A stretch of DNA of 64,000 nt from a virus: the IMG/VR virus record IMGVR_UViG_3300008116_000173, positions 1 to 64,000 of that record; one strand, 5' to 3'. The position numbers and the translations under genes are program-made. Below the pieces are notes generated by a model. That model was not told where the DNA came from, did no database searches, and worked only from the letters and a program-made list of their open reading frames with translations. Positions 28,770 to 39,143 of this stretch are shown one piece after another; within the stretch, counting starts at the first letter, position 1; each line of letters begins with the position of its first letter.

Positions 28770-29322
28770 AATGTAAGTTTTGTTTTGTTAGTTCATGTAA
28801 TGGTTTGTAAATTTCGTAGTTTAAGTCAGGAGAATCCAATACCTCACTGATAAGTTTAGTTTCAACACCAAGCCTATCAGCTATTTGTTTTCTTTTGAAT
28901 TCTTGAGGATATAACGTATTATAAGCTGTTACTTTATACGTATCTTTTATAGATGTTCTACCATATGCTTTTACAATTAAGCTTTTATAATTAGTAGATG
29001 TTTTACTGTATTCTCCTTTTATGATTTTGTTAAAATCAGATTTGAAGTTATCAGGAATTGTAAAATACAATAGAATTTCTTCACTTGTATCTTCATATTT
29101 ACTGTAATCTCCATTTTCGTTAATAGTTGCTAAAAACCTATCAAACCCACTTATCTCTTTTTCTTCAGGTTTAGAACAAACTAATACAACACTATTGCTA
29201 TCATAAATATATGTATTTATATAATTATTTGGTAATAATGTTGATTTCAAACCAAACATTGGTAGTATAAATGTATGGCACTTTGTTGCTTTATTTCCTA
29301 TAAGTTCTATTCTTTTATTCAC
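28756..29322 (-). CDS. Hypothetical protein
   Basis: 188 aa; TFILPM...GEYSKTS..YK; overlaps neighbouring genes. Confidence 0.6.
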   Translation of the reverse strand: MNKRIELIGNKATKCHTFILPMFGLKSTLLPNNYINTYIYDSNSVVLVCSKPEEKEISGFDRFLATINENGDYSKYEDTSEEILLYFTIPDNFKSDFNKIIKGEYSKTSTNYKSLIVKAYGRTSIKDTYKVTAYNTLYPQEFKRKQIADRLGVETKLISEVLDSPDLNYEIYKPLHELTKQNLHYDNQ

Positions 29323-30064
29323 ACACTTCTATTTTTAGTACATTATTTAGTTTTATATTCTTAACATCCACATTCTCAATTAGTTTTAAACTTAAATAAT
29401 TTGTATAGAATTGTTTTATCCCTTCATATTCACCAAAATGCATAACATATTCATTAAAAATACAATCCCTCCAACTTAAAGTTTCAGGTTTATTATTTTT
29501 AATATTTTTAACATATGCTAAACCTTTACCAGGTAAACCTTTAATATTGTCTACACGGTCACCTATAATCATACTTGACCAGAAATATTCTTCAATATCT
29601 TGTATGCTATTATTGACATATACACTAGATTTAGGGTTAAAACCTATTTCTAGCGAATATAAGACATCTTTATCAGGTGATACAACAATGTGTTCATATT
29701 CAGGATAAGTAGCTTTAAATGACATTACAAGGTCATCTGCTTCATATCCTTCAATGAACATAAATTGATGTTTATTAATTAAATAATCTTTGACTTCAGC
29801 TAAATACTTAGGCATGTCAGTATATTTTCTATTAGCCTTATAGTCAGGATTAACTGTATATCTAAAACATTTACCCACAGTCATAAAACCACAATATAAA
29901 TCACCAAATAAATAGTTATTTATATTAGTTATAAGACTGTCACACTGAATTATACAATCTTCCAGTGTTTTTTCAGGTTCATCTTTTTTATTGTGGCATA
30001 CGTAAAAAGGTATAAAATCAGCGTCATAGCTGATTACTTTTAGTTTATTGCTTGATTCTTCCAT
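29315..30064 (-). CDS. 5'-3' exonuclease / RNase H (FEN-like)
   Basis: DADF, YKANR, EADD, SPDKD, GDRVDNIKGLPGKG. Confidence 0.9.
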   Translation of the reverse strand: MEESSNKLKVISYDADFIPFYVCHNKKDEPEKTLEDCIIQCDSLITNINNYLFGDLYCGFMTVGKCFRYTVNPDYKANRKYTDMPKYLAEVKDYLINKHQFMFIEGYEADDLVMSFKATYPEYEHIVVSPDKDVLYSLEIGFNPKSSVYVNNSIQDIEEYFWSSMIIGDRVDNIKGLPGKGLAYVKNIKNNKPETLSWRDCIFNEYVMHFGEYEGIKQFYTNYLSLKLIENVDVKNIKLNNVLKIEVCE

Positions 30065-30246
30065 TCATCAAACCCTTCTAAGCCATACCTGTTTATTAAC
30101 TGACGTTTAAGCTCAAATAGCTCCTCCTTAGTTTCAAGGAATACAGCTCTGTTTTGACCTAAACGTTCAAGTGTATTTATTGCAAATAAAGATTTGTCTA
30201 AAGTTTTGACAATCTTTATAAGTTCATATGATGATACTTTAAACAT
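30040..30246 (-). CDS. Hypothetical protein
   Basis: 68-aa ORF overlapping both neighbours. Confidence 0.5.
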   Translation of the reverse strand: MFKVSSYELIKIVKTLDKSLFAINTLERLGQNRAVFLETKEELFELKRQLINRYGLEGFDEWKNQAIN

Positions 30247-30700
30247 AGTACATGTTTTTTATTTTATCTATTGTTTTTAACACGTTGGTTTGATTGTTAG
30301 GCTTAAACAATGTAACTTTAAAACCATTTTGTAACAAATGTAATTTAAACCATTTCCATTTTAAAGGAAATGCATCATTTGGATAACCCTTACATTCAAC
30401 AATCCAACCTTCTTTCTGCTCATTAATGCAGGCAAAATCAGGTAAATAAGTTATTGCCCTGATATTACCACTAGCTATGTCATATAATTTATCTTTTTTT
30501 ACCTCAAAGGAAGGATATGTAAATTCAAATGCAGGTAATAATGTAAACTTTAAAGTTTCATACTGAAAGTTAGTTATACCTGATTCTATTAACTTATTAT
30601 AAGTAAACAATTCAAGTTTAGATTTAAATACTAAACCATTTGCTTCTAGCTTTGTGGCATTTTTAATTTTGCCTTCACTACTCTTTTTATATTTCACCAT
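30239..30700 (-). CDS. PD-(D/E)XK endonuclease (T7 endonuclease I-like resolvase candidate)
   Basis: FKSKLE...YLPDF...IVECKG. Confidence 0.8.
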   Translation of the reverse strand: MVKYKKSSEGKIKNATKLEANGLVFKSKLELFTYNKLIESGITNFQYETLKFTLLPAFEFTYPSFEVKKDKLYDIASGNIRAITYLPDFACINEQKEGWIVECKGYPNDAFPLKWKWFKLHLLQNGFKVTLFKPNNQTNVLKTIDKIKNMYYV

Positions 30701-31097
30701 CTTTAATTTCCATCATCAACCTATCAAAAACTAACACATAGTCAGGTTTAAGGTAATATTTATTTAAGTTCTTAGTTACCAAAACACCATGACTACTAGG
30801 TGTTAATTCATCAATTTTTATAACAAAACTTTGTAGATTGTCAAGATGAATATCAATATTTAGACTTTCAATGAGTTGCAGTTTGTCACTTTCAAAGTTA
30901 CAAATCTTAACATGATCAGCATCCATACTTAGGTTTTGGCCTGTTTTTAAAATATATGATGAATTATCATCATTAGATATAATATAAACATCAAAAGTAT
31001 TTTCATCAGATAATAATACTTTTATAAAATTCCTAAAACCTTGTATAGTCCAGTTATCTGTTACTTCAAAAGATACTCTAAATTTACCATTTGTCAT
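30687..31097 (-). CDS. Degenerate HAD-fold-like protein
   Basis: VSFE at motif I position, VYIIS, K...IDIHLDN; catalytic Asp appears replaced. Confidence 0.45.
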   Translation of the reverse strand: MTNGKFRVSFEVTDNWTIQGFRNFIKVLLSDENTFDVYIISNDDNSSYILKTGQNLSMDADHVKICNFESDKLQLIESLNIDIHLDNLQSFVIKIDELTPSSHGVLVTKNLNKYYLKPDYVLVFDRLMMEIKDGEI

Positions 31098-32089
31098 TTT
31101 AATTGATTTAGTTTGTTAGTTATTTGTTTTTTAGCTTTATTAAAACCATATAAATTTAAATAATCGCTAATGTCCTTAGCATCGTCAATAAAGAAATACT
31201 TAAATCCATAAGTGTCAGATATAAGTTTTGTATTTTTCCTACCTTCTGAGTCATTGTCATAATTTATTATTATTTCTTTAAAACGTTTAAGCAATTTATT
31301 TACAACTTCAGGTTTTAATTTGTTGGTTTCACCTTGTAAAGATATAGCATTATAATTAAATAACCTATAAACCATACAATCTTTTAAACTTTTTGTCAAA
31401 ATTAGTTTATCACCAACCCAATCTAATTGGTCAAATCCTTCAATATAATCTGCTTTACCATCAAATAGCCATTTAAACCGTTTATTTTTTTCATAAGGTT
31501 TATATATCTTATAACGATATTCATCGTTAGAATTAAACCTATATGCGTATATAGGGTTATTTAAGGTTTCAGCAAACTTGTATAAATTATCATCTTTATG
31601 TAAAATGTATGATGAACATGCACTTACATTATAATAATCTAACATAGTTAAAGGTATTTTATATTTATCCCAATATTCAAAGTCAATTAAACTAAAAGGT
31701 CTTTTTTCAATCTCAATTTTTATTTTAGGTTTTTCATATGCGATGTGTTCCATAACAACGCTTTTATATTCTTTTAAATCTAACGACCTGATTTTAAAGT
31801 CATTAGCTATAATATTAAGACATTCTTTATATGTACACCCATATTTTAACATAATATAATCATAAACAGACATCTTTGCAGAGCTATTACCAAAATCCTT
31901 ATAATATAATTTACCTCTATAAGGCCCTATTACACAACTTGGATTTTTATCATTATATAATTCAGATTTGAATTTTTTATTTATTTCCTTAAAGTTATGA
32001 CAATAATACCTCCATAAATCATACCCTGAGATTTTAGATTCTATTTCCTGTGAAGAAATAGGTTTATAATTATCTTTTAGACTAAACAT
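31094..32089 (-). CDS. DNA primase (TOPRIM)
   Basis: DKNPSC...YKDFG; ILTKSLKD; YDNDSEG; KDISDY. Confidence 0.85.
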   Translation of the reverse strand: MFSLKDNYKPISSQEIESKISGYDLWRYYCHNFKEINKKFKSELYNDKNPSCVIGPYRGKLYYKDFGNSSAKMSVYDYIMLKYGCTYKECLNIIANDFKIRSLDLKEYKSVVMEHIAYEKPKIKIEIEKRPFSLIDFEYWDKYKIPLTMLDYYNVSACSSYILHKDDNLYKFAETLNNPIYAYRFNSNDEYRYKIYKPYEKNKRFKWLFDGKADYIEGFDQLDWVGDKLILTKSLKDCMVYRLFNYNAISLQGETNKLKPEVVNKLLKRFKEIIINYDNDSEGRKNTKLISDTYGFKYFFIDDAKDISDYLNLYGFNKAKKQITNKLNQLK

Positions 32090-32094
32090 AAAAT

Positions 32095-32140
32095 AAAAAA
32101 GTAGTGTAAAATACTATTAACTAATACTTTACACTACTTT
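32095..32140 (-). terminator. Intrinsic terminator
   Basis: AAAGTAGTGTAAA ... TTTACACTACTTT inverted repeat with A tract, just after the 32151-32735 stop. Confidence 0.75.
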
Positions 32141-32150
32141 AAAATTAAAA

Positions 32151-32735
32151 TTAGAATGGCATATCTTCAGCTGTAGTAGCTGTTGTTGCAAACAATTTAA
32201 CATCTTTACTCTCATCAAACTTGAGATAAGATTGAGATGCTGGTATGCTCATAGACTCAGAACGATCTAAACTAGCATAAACAATACCATTTTCTTTAGT
32301 TTGCTCACCAATAAATTTAGCACGGAATGGTTTACCAATCAATAAGCTTGATAATTTATTAACCAATTGTGCATACATTTTATCAGGATTAGTTTCACTT
32401 GGAGATACTAATTCAATATTTTCAGCTTCTTGTTTAGAAATGTTATTTGTAGAAATAATCAAATTAATCAAGTTCTTAGCTGTAATAGTCCAAGCAGTAG
32501 TCTGCTTGCCTTCAGCACGTGTATTTGATAAATACATACGTGAAGAGTTACCAACTTCATCAAGATTGTTAACAGTCTTAAGTTGTATATACGGTGTTTG
32601 TTTTACACTTGATTTACCAAATAAAATTTCAGTAATCTTAACATTGTCATAAATACCAGGACGCTGATATCTAACTTTGTTTGGTTGTGTTGATTGTTGA
32701 CTGTTTGAATTTTCTTGTTTTAAGTTAAAGTTCAT
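32151..32735 (-). CDS. Putative ssDNA-binding protein
   Basis: Acidic DMPF C-terminus; follows the Sak4-like ATPase. Confidence 0.6.
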   Translation of the reverse strand: MNFNLKQENSNSQQSTQPNKVRYQRPGIYDNVKITEILFGKSSVKQTPYIQLKTVNNLDEVGNSSRMYLSNTRAEGKQTTAWTITAKNLINLIISTNNISKQEAENIELVSPSETNPDKMYAQLVNKLSSLLIGKPFRAKFIGEQTKENGIVYASLDRSESMSIPASQSYLKFDESKDVKLFATTATTAEDMPF

Positions 32736-32756
32736 ATATTTTTATATTTTAAGTTA

Positions 32757-33506
32757 TTATTTATAGATTTTATCCCAATGAGTTACAATTTGACCATTTA
32801 CTTCTTCAGCCAGTACAATCTCTTGATTTTTTAAATGGTCAGGTCTGGCACCACAAGTTACTTCCTCATTAGTTTTAAAGCTGATTACAGTTTGATTATC
32901 ACGTCTAAACACATAACCAATGGCATCAGCACCAGCGCATATTAATGATTTAATTTTACCAGTCAAATCAATATTTGCAGCCATTACTAATTCACCACTA
33001 TCATCTACTTGTTTGTCTTTTATATGACCTACAAGGATAATGTGTTCAGCTAATGAATCAATATAATCTAGCACTTGAAAGAATGCTTCACGCAGATATA
33101 AATAACCAGCGCCATTAGGTAATTTAAGTACATCATCACCTGTAAATCTACTACCCATAGCTGTGTCTTTATATAATTTTAAAGCAAGCGGTTTAACCAT
33201 ATCTTCTAAAGCTGTGACAGTGTCAATAGCTACATATTTATATGGTCTATTATTAAGCTTAATTTGCTCACCAACAGCTTTTAATTCAGTAAGGGTATTA
33301 ACCTTTACTTTTAAAGCTTCAACGTAATCTGAGCCATCTTCCAAGTCAATAATTAAATTGTTATCTAAACCTGCAAGAGCTGTAGTCTTGCCAGTTTTAG
33401 GTTTTGAGTAAATAACCAAGCGTTTTGGGTTTACTCGTTCTGCCTTAAGTTTTTTAGTAGGCAATTTTATAGTTGTTTCTGTCATATCATATTTCTTTCT
33501 AACCAA
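32757..33506 (-). CDS. AAA_24/Sak4-like ATPase (ssDNA annealing)
   Basis: YSKPKTGKTT, IIDLEDGS, VAIDTVT. Confidence 0.85.
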   Translation of the reverse strand: MVRKKYDMTETTIKLPTKKLKAERVNPKRLVIYSKPKTGKTTALAGLDNNLIIDLEDGSDYVEALKVKVNTLTELKAVGEQIKLNNRPYKYVAIDTVTALEDMVKPLALKLYKDTAMGSRFTGDDVLKLPNGAGYLYLREAFFQVLDYIDSLAEHIILVGHIKDKQVDDSGELVMAANIDLTGKIKSLICAGADAIGYVFRRDNQTVISFKTNEEVTCGARPDHLKNQEIVLAEEVNGQIVTHWDKIYK

Positions 33507-34558
33507 CCTTGTGACATTTCATCAGCAGGTGGTAGTTCTTTAAATGCCCCTGCTTTTGGCAAAAATAATAAACCAATAGCTATGTTGTCCCTACTTAGCC
33601 TATTTTTTATTATTTTTAATAATCTGAATGAATCTTTTAGATTATATGGTGCTGCAAACTTATTAATATTATAATTAAGTGAGCTTTCCATATCCATTTT
33701 ATAGGCATTCATTAGACCTAATACTACATCAGCATCTGTATAAGGGTTAGTTGTATCTTTAAAGTCTGACTGTTGTGGAGATATGTCAATACCTTTAAAT
33801 TTCTGTCGTTCTATAGAACTTAGACCCTGATTGAATTGCTGTAGCCATATAAAGGTCATTTTAAACATATTTCTAGCAATTACAGAATACTCAGATATCT
33901 TGTCAATATTTTGTTTTAATGTAAATCCTATATTATTTCTTGATTCTAGTTTAGCTATAGCTAAGTGATCACCAACAACAATGTTGTATTCTTTAGGATT
34001 ATGTAAATCAAATCTAACAATACGTTCTTTTGTATTCCCAAATTCATCTGTATAGGGTTCCTTAATAAATGTCCCACGATCTTTCATAAAATCCCACCAG
34101 TATTTATACATACCTGTAGGATTCTCCGCTTCCCATATAAAATGAATTCTGCTAAAAAGTTTTTCAACTGTTTCAACTTCACTAAAAACTAATAGTTGTT
34201 CTTCCTGACTTAACCTATATTTACCATAACCTTTTATACGTTCAGGTGGTATTACAATATTGTATTTTTTGTATATCAGTATGGACAGCCAATTAGCTTT
34301 CTTTGACATCTCATCAATTTCCCATGAATAATAAATGATGTTTATAGGTATACCTTTAGTATCTGCATCCTCAATAGCATTGAGTATCCAAAAGTCTAAG
34401 AATGTAGTCTTGGCACTACCTGATAAACCACCAATTAAATAATAACAGGCTCTTTGTGTTTTAAATATATAATCATTTATTCTGTCTAAGCCGTTACTTA
34501 AACCTTCGTAATCACCAGTTAAACCAGCGTATATTCTTTCTTTTAGATTAGATTGCAT
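33482..34558 (-). CDS. DnaB-like replicative helicase
   Basis: GGLSGSAKT, SWEI, VGDHL, LQQFN, IIKNR. Confidence 0.85.
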   Translation of the reverse strand: MQSNLKERIYAGLTGDYEGLSNGLDRINDYIFKTQRACYYLIGGLSGSAKTTFLDFWILNAIEDADTKGIPINIIYYSWEIDEMSKKANWLSILIYKKYNIVIPPERIKGYGKYRLSQEEQLLVFSEVETVEKLFSRIHFIWEAENPTGMYKYWWDFMKDRGTFIKEPYTDEFGNTKERIVRFDLHNPKEYNIVVGDHLAIAKLESRNNIGFTLKQNIDKISEYSVIARNMFKMTFIWLQQFNQGLSSIERQKFKGIDISPQQSDFKDTTNPYTDADVVLGLMNAYKMDMESSLNYNINKFAAPYNLKDSFRLLKIIKNRLSRDNIAIGLLFLPKAGAFKELPPADEMSQGWLERNMI

Positions 34559-35138
34559 CTACATTAGTTATTTTACTTATATTATAATCATTACTATCAT
34601 TATTTGTTATATCGTCAACATATAACAAATAGTTTTTCTGATTTAACCAAACAGATAGGTCTTGCATATACATCTCAGAATTAGCCCTTATTTTCTCTTG
34701 GTGATATAATTTAGCAGCTTTACATAATATGTCATGAGTTGTTTCCAAAAGTAATTTGTTGTATAGTTCTTTAGCCCGTTTTAAATTACCGTGTAACCTC
34801 CTTGGTACACCATTGTGCGTATGCACTATTTTAGGATAAAAAGATCTAAATTCATCAAAATTACTCAACCCAGTTTTATCTTCTTTCATAAGCTCTGTAG
34901 CTTTCTGGGTAAGTGATAAGGACTCAAAAAATATTAAATTGTTTTTAGCACGCTTTATATTTAGAAAACCTTTATTTTCTAATATATTAAATATATCACT
35001 AGGAAATGTTACATTATTCCTATAGCTATGCAATAAATTCTCATCATTTTTATAAACACAATATATTATAAAATATTCTTCAAAACTTAATCTCTGCTCT
35101 AATATTGTCTTTACATCTATGATAAGTTTTTCATCCAT
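34548..35138 (-). CDS. Putative replication initiator / helicase loader
   Basis: wHTH-like N-terminus (LENKGFL); FDEFRSFYP...YMQDLSVWLNQ; upstream of DnaB. Confidence 0.6.
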   Translation of the reverse strand: MDEKLIIDVKTILEQRLSFEEYFIIYCVYKNDENLLHSYRNNVTFPSDIFNILENKGFLNIKRAKNNLIFFESLSLTQKATELMKEDKTGLSNFDEFRSFYPKIVHTHNGVPRRLHGNLKRAKELYNKLLLETTHDILCKAAKLYHQEKIRANSEMYMQDLSVWLNQKNYLLYVDDITNNDSNDYNISKITNVDAI

Positions 35139-35373
35139 AATTTACTCCTACGTGTTTTAAAGTTAAATGTAAATCTTCCATTTCAAGCTCTATTAAAGAT
35201 TTATAATAATCTTGTAAATCCCTTGTATTTGCTTGAAAATTGAATTCAAATTTAAGTTTTTCTACGGCAATTTCCAAATTTATATTGCCATATTTAGAAA
35301 ATATTAGGGGCATGTAAACCCCTAATATAATTTGTTTTTGTGCTTGATTAAGCAACAATTTGTTTTCCAGCAT
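35131..35373 (-). CDS. Hypothetical protein
   Basis: 80-aa ORF in the operon. Confidence 0.5.
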   Translation of the reverse strand: MLENKLLLNQAQKQIILGVYMPLIFSKYGNINLEIAVEKLKFEFNFQANTRDLQDYYKSLIELEMEDLHLTLKHVGVNYG

Positions 35374-35383
35374 GTTACATGTT

Positions 35384-36061
35384 TTACATACTAATTTCTC
35401 TTAACGCTTTGTCAAAAGATTTGTTAATTTCATGACCTCCACGGTCCCATACATGTTGTCTAAAGCCATTATTTGAATGATAACATCCATCAACTTTAAT
35501 ATAACTACCAATTAAAAGTATTCCCTTTTCAGGATGTAAGATACATATCTTATCAGAACCTATTATATTTTTGGTTAATTTATCAAATAATTTACTGTTA
35601 TCATAAGCCATATCCAACATGCCATTTACAGCCAACACATATCTTGTGAAGGCATAAGTGTCAGAAAACTTAGGATTTAATTTAACATACTCACTTATAT
35701 CATAAAATATACCATTATGAACCATACACGGTTTATCTGTAACAACATCTGTTGCTATTATTTCTAAATGGTTATCTGATATAACAAAAGGATGTGTATT
35801 TTCATCACTATTATCACCTTGAGTACCAAACCTATGATGTAATATTAAATGATCATTACTTGTTAAGTTCAAATCAGAAATATCACGTATCATGCGTTCA
35901 GCATTAAAGTAACCTTTCTTAACACCTATTGTATTAGCATTGCCTTTTTTATACATAAAACCACTACCATCAGTATTAGTTTTCATGCCTTGTATAATAT
36001 AACGGCTAATATTTCTAATATTCTTTTCAACCCCTTGAGGTATTACACTAATTAAACACAT
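35384..36061 (-). CDS. Class II (Ntn) glutamine amidotransferase
   Basis: N-terminal MC; NTDGSG; HHRFGTQG; NTHPF; HNGI; SDT. Confidence 0.9.
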   Translation of the reverse strand: MCLISVIPQGVEKNIRNISRYIIQGMKTNTDGSGFMYKKGNANTIGVKKGYFNAERMIRDISDLNLTSNDHLILHHRFGTQGDNSDENTHPFVISDNHLEIIATDVVTDKPCMVHNGIFYDISEYVKLNPKFSDTYAFTRYVLAVNGMLDMAYDNSKLFDKLTKNIIGSDKICILHPEKGILLIGSYIKVDGCYHSNNGFRQHVWDRGGHEINKSFDKALREISM

Positions 36062-36062
36062 T

Positions 36063-37616
36063 TTATAAGTTTTTTAAGGATATATTATTATCTAATTCAT
36101 TATCAACATACTCATCATTTTCAGTAAATTCAGCATCATTAAACTTAGCTATACGTTTATCAACCCAAGCTATAAGTTTATTTGCTTTCTGTCCATATAC
36201 TTCAGTAAGTATTTTTGCTAATGATAGATTACTATTTTCATAAATAAAACGTTTATGATTTTCAACAATATCTACTAAAGCCATACAGATTAACAACCAG
36301 TTTTTAATCTTAATATAAGATGTAGAACCAGGTGCTGGTCTGAATTCAATAGTATAAATCTTGTTTTTCCTAGTATTAAATAATGCAGGTACAAAATTTA
36401 CCCAGCAATAACGTGCTGAATCATGATCATAACCACATTTATAACCTTTAGGATGGTCATTCTTTTTATTTACTTTTTTACTAGGATTATTATTTGCGCT
36501 AACATATCTAACAATAGCTTCATAAGTAACATCTATAGCATAATTCCTATTAAAGCTTTGTAAGTCTTTAATATTAAAATTTATCATAGGACGACTATCT
36601 AAGAATCTACAATATGTATTATTACGACGAGATTTAGGTAACATTGTAAATATCTCACGTTGTAATTTATGATACAAATAATACATTAAAACAATATTTT
36701 CTTTGTTAAAGTTAATATTGGATAAATGCACATGCACACCACATTGATGATTTACTAAACAACGTTTAGTTAACTCATTACAAAGCTTTTTTAGTTTAAG
36801 TAAACCACGGTCACCCATTAATACATCAGTAACATATTCCTTACCATAAGGATGATTGTTTTCAGCATCACGTAATGAACCATCATGAACACTAGAACAA
36901 TTTAATGGTGCTAGTACATGTGCAGGTACTAAACCACTAATAGTTTCTATTTCTAAACCAAAACTATAACGTTTACCATAAGTATTATGATATGTTGTAG
37001 GTAGATTGTTATTATCACTTGGTGCATTAAATTTAATACCATCAACACGCATTTGTTTTACAAATGGTTCAATTTCAGATTTAAGTTTAAATATACCTGT
37101 ATAATAATCTTCAGCGTAAAATTTATTAAAAGTTGCATTAGCAAGTAAACTTGGTTTACCTAGATATGGTTTATTAGATTGTATACGTATATAACCTAAT
37201 CTAAAAGCTTGATCATGATCACAAGTATACTTTATTTCAGAATCAATTATAGGATAATTCTCAATAACAGCTGTTGCATTAAATTTAATAATATAACGAT
37301 CTGATTCAAAATAATCTGTTACAATATTAGGATCATCAGGCCTAGCATAAGAATCATGAAGTTGTATTAAATCATTTGAATATTCTACAACTTCACCTGT
37401 ATATAACATTACCTCATTTTCATCTAAATCAGGTTCATAAGGATTATTGTCATCATCATGTACTTCTGTATACTCATCTTCTGAAGGGTTAAACCAAAGA
37501 TCATCAAGAGTTGTAGATATTATATCAGTAGATGTGGGTACTACATCTGGTTCAGGAGCATCTGGTTCAGGTGGTGTTAAATTTTCAGGTATTGAATGAT
37601 TTGGAATTATTGGCAT
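36063..37616 (-). CDS. Putative amidoligase (GS-fold COOH-NH2 ligase)
   Basis: FGLEIE, HDGSL, EYVT, CGVHVH, TIEFR; acidic/Pro-rich N-terminal extension. Confidence 0.85.
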   Translation of the reverse strand: MPIIPNHSIPENLTPPEPDAPEPDVVPTSTDIISTTLDDLWFNPSEDEYTEVHDDDNNPYEPDLDENEVMLYTGEVVEYSNDLIQLHDSYARPDDPNIVTDYFESDRYIIKFNATAVIENYPIIDSEIKYTCDHDQAFRLGYIRIQSNKPYLGKPSLLANATFNKFYAEDYYTGIFKLKSEIEPFVKQMRVDGIKFNAPSDNNNLPTTYHNTYGKRYSFGLEIETISGLVPAHVLAPLNCSSVHDGSLRDAENNHPYGKEYVTDVLMGDRGLLKLKKLCNELTKRCLVNHQCGVHVHLSNINFNKENIVLMYYLYHKLQREIFTMLPKSRRNNTYCRFLDSRPMINFNIKDLQSFNRNYAIDVTYEAIVRYVSANNNPSKKVNKKNDHPKGYKCGYDHDSARYCWVNFVPALFNTRKNKIYTIEFRPAPGSTSYIKIKNWLLICMALVDIVENHKRFIYENSNLSLAKILTEVYGQKANKLIAWVDKRIAKFNDAEFTENDEYVDNELDNNISLKNL

Positions 37617-37618
37617 AA

Positions 37619-39142
37619 TTAAAGTTTTTGATCCATTGTTAATAATTGATAATGCATTGTTTCAGCATTTGTTTTTAATTGTTTAAGTGTTTCACAAACA
37701 TCAAAAGTATCATCACATTCACCTTTACTGAGTATGGTAATTAACATTTGTAATTCAACATCAAGATTTGTAAAAAATGAATCTGTTTTTGTTAGTACTT
37801 CTTCAATGTCAAGTTCAGTATCAGCATCATTAAAATCATCATGATTAACCATTGGTGTAGTATTATGTTTGGTTATATCTTTTACTACAGGATGCACAGT
37901 TGTAGGTGTATTATAAATATCATAAGCATCATAATAACCTTCATAATAACCATCTGTTGAAGTATAATCATTAACAGCTGTATTATTATTTTTATATGTT
38001 CTTATTTCTAAGTCTGTAGCAGCTCTGAAATAACGACGGTCTGCATTACAAATATCTTTTTTAGTATTGTAATTTTCAAGACTTAAGATGTTATTATTGA
38101 CTTTAGTAATTGTTACAAGTTCATCAACATCAATAACAACTTCTTTCTTATCATCAACAATATCATATAAAGATACTGCAGTGTCCCATATTTCAAGATA
38201 ATCATTTGTATTAAAATAAGATTTGTGATATATTTCTACTGGTGAATTATCTTCATCTTTTTGTTTAACCTCTAACATACCAAATTCTGTTGCACCACAT
38301 ATAAAATAAAATTTATCTTGTATGAGTTTGAATTTACGTGTAGTAGAAGTATCATTAAAGTTTGCCCTTAACCAAGAATTAACTAATTCATTAGGTTGTA
38401 CAAAACTATTATAATAACCACTGTTTGTATTATAGTTACCATATGTAGTATTATTATAACCAGTATTAATAAAAGGACGTTTGTAAGGTGTATTATTAAT
38501 TTTAACAGTTTTTTCAACAATACCATCACATATTGTGTATACTGTATCTACTTTAAATTCTTTAACACTTTCACAACCAATATAAATTAATGATTCTTTA
38601 ATAGATGATATATACATACAACCATCAATCATACCTCTAAATAAAGGACGTTCTGTATTCCTAAAAACAAATAATTTATTAGGCATAGTAGTTTTATGCA
38701 TAATAATTGCTGCAGGACCATCAATTTCCTTTAACACACTAATGTTATCTTGTTTACTTATTGCACCACATATAACGTCACTATCTACAGAATATTCCAT
38801 AGTTGACAATTCATACTTATGTGCTAAATCTAAGTGATTTTTAAGTGTACCATTGTGTTGAAGATACCAATCCCCTCGTTTGAAGGGATGAGTATTTTCA
38901 AGTGTATTTAAACCAATGGTTTTAGCTCTAACGTGAGCCATTAGAATTGTGTCAGGTATTAATTTAAAGTTATTATGAATAACTACATCAGAACCCTTGT
39001 TTAAGGTCCTATTATGCCCATTTAAGGGACTATAAAAACCAGTAGCATCTTCACCACGTTCTAAAGAATTCCATAATGTTAATAATTTTATTTTCTCAAT
39101 ATCAAATGGTTTGGTACCACTGTAACCTAATTGTCCACACAT
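37619..39142 (-). CDS. Class II glutamine amidotransferase with long C-terminal extension
   Basis: MCG; RGEDATG; HVRAKT; NTHPF; HNGTL; VDSD; RPL. Confidence 0.9.
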   Translation of the reverse strand: MCGQLGYSGTKPFDIEKIKLLTLWNSLERGEDATGFYSPLNGHNRTLNKGSDVVIHNNFKLIPDTILMAHVRAKTIGLNTLENTHPFKRGDWYLQHNGTLKNHLDLAHKYELSTMEYSVDSDVICGAISKQDNISVLKEIDGPAAIIMHKTTMPNKLFVFRNTERPLFRGMIDGCMYISSIKESLIYIGCESVKEFKVDTVYTICDGIVEKTVKINNTPYKRPFINTGYNNTTYGNYNTNSGYYNSFVQPNELVNSWLRANFNDTSTTRKFKLIQDKFYFICGATEFGMLEVKQKDEDNSPVEIYHKSYFNTNDYLEIWDTAVSLYDIVDDKKEVVIDVDELVTITKVNNNILSLENYNTKKDICNADRRYFRAATDLEIRTYKNNNTAVNDYTSTDGYYEGYYDAYDIYNTPTTVHPVVKDITKHNTTPMVNHDDFNDADTELDIEEVLTKTDSFFTNLDVELQMLITILSKGECDDTFDVCETLKQLKTNAETMHYQLLTMDQKL

Positions 39143-39143
39143 A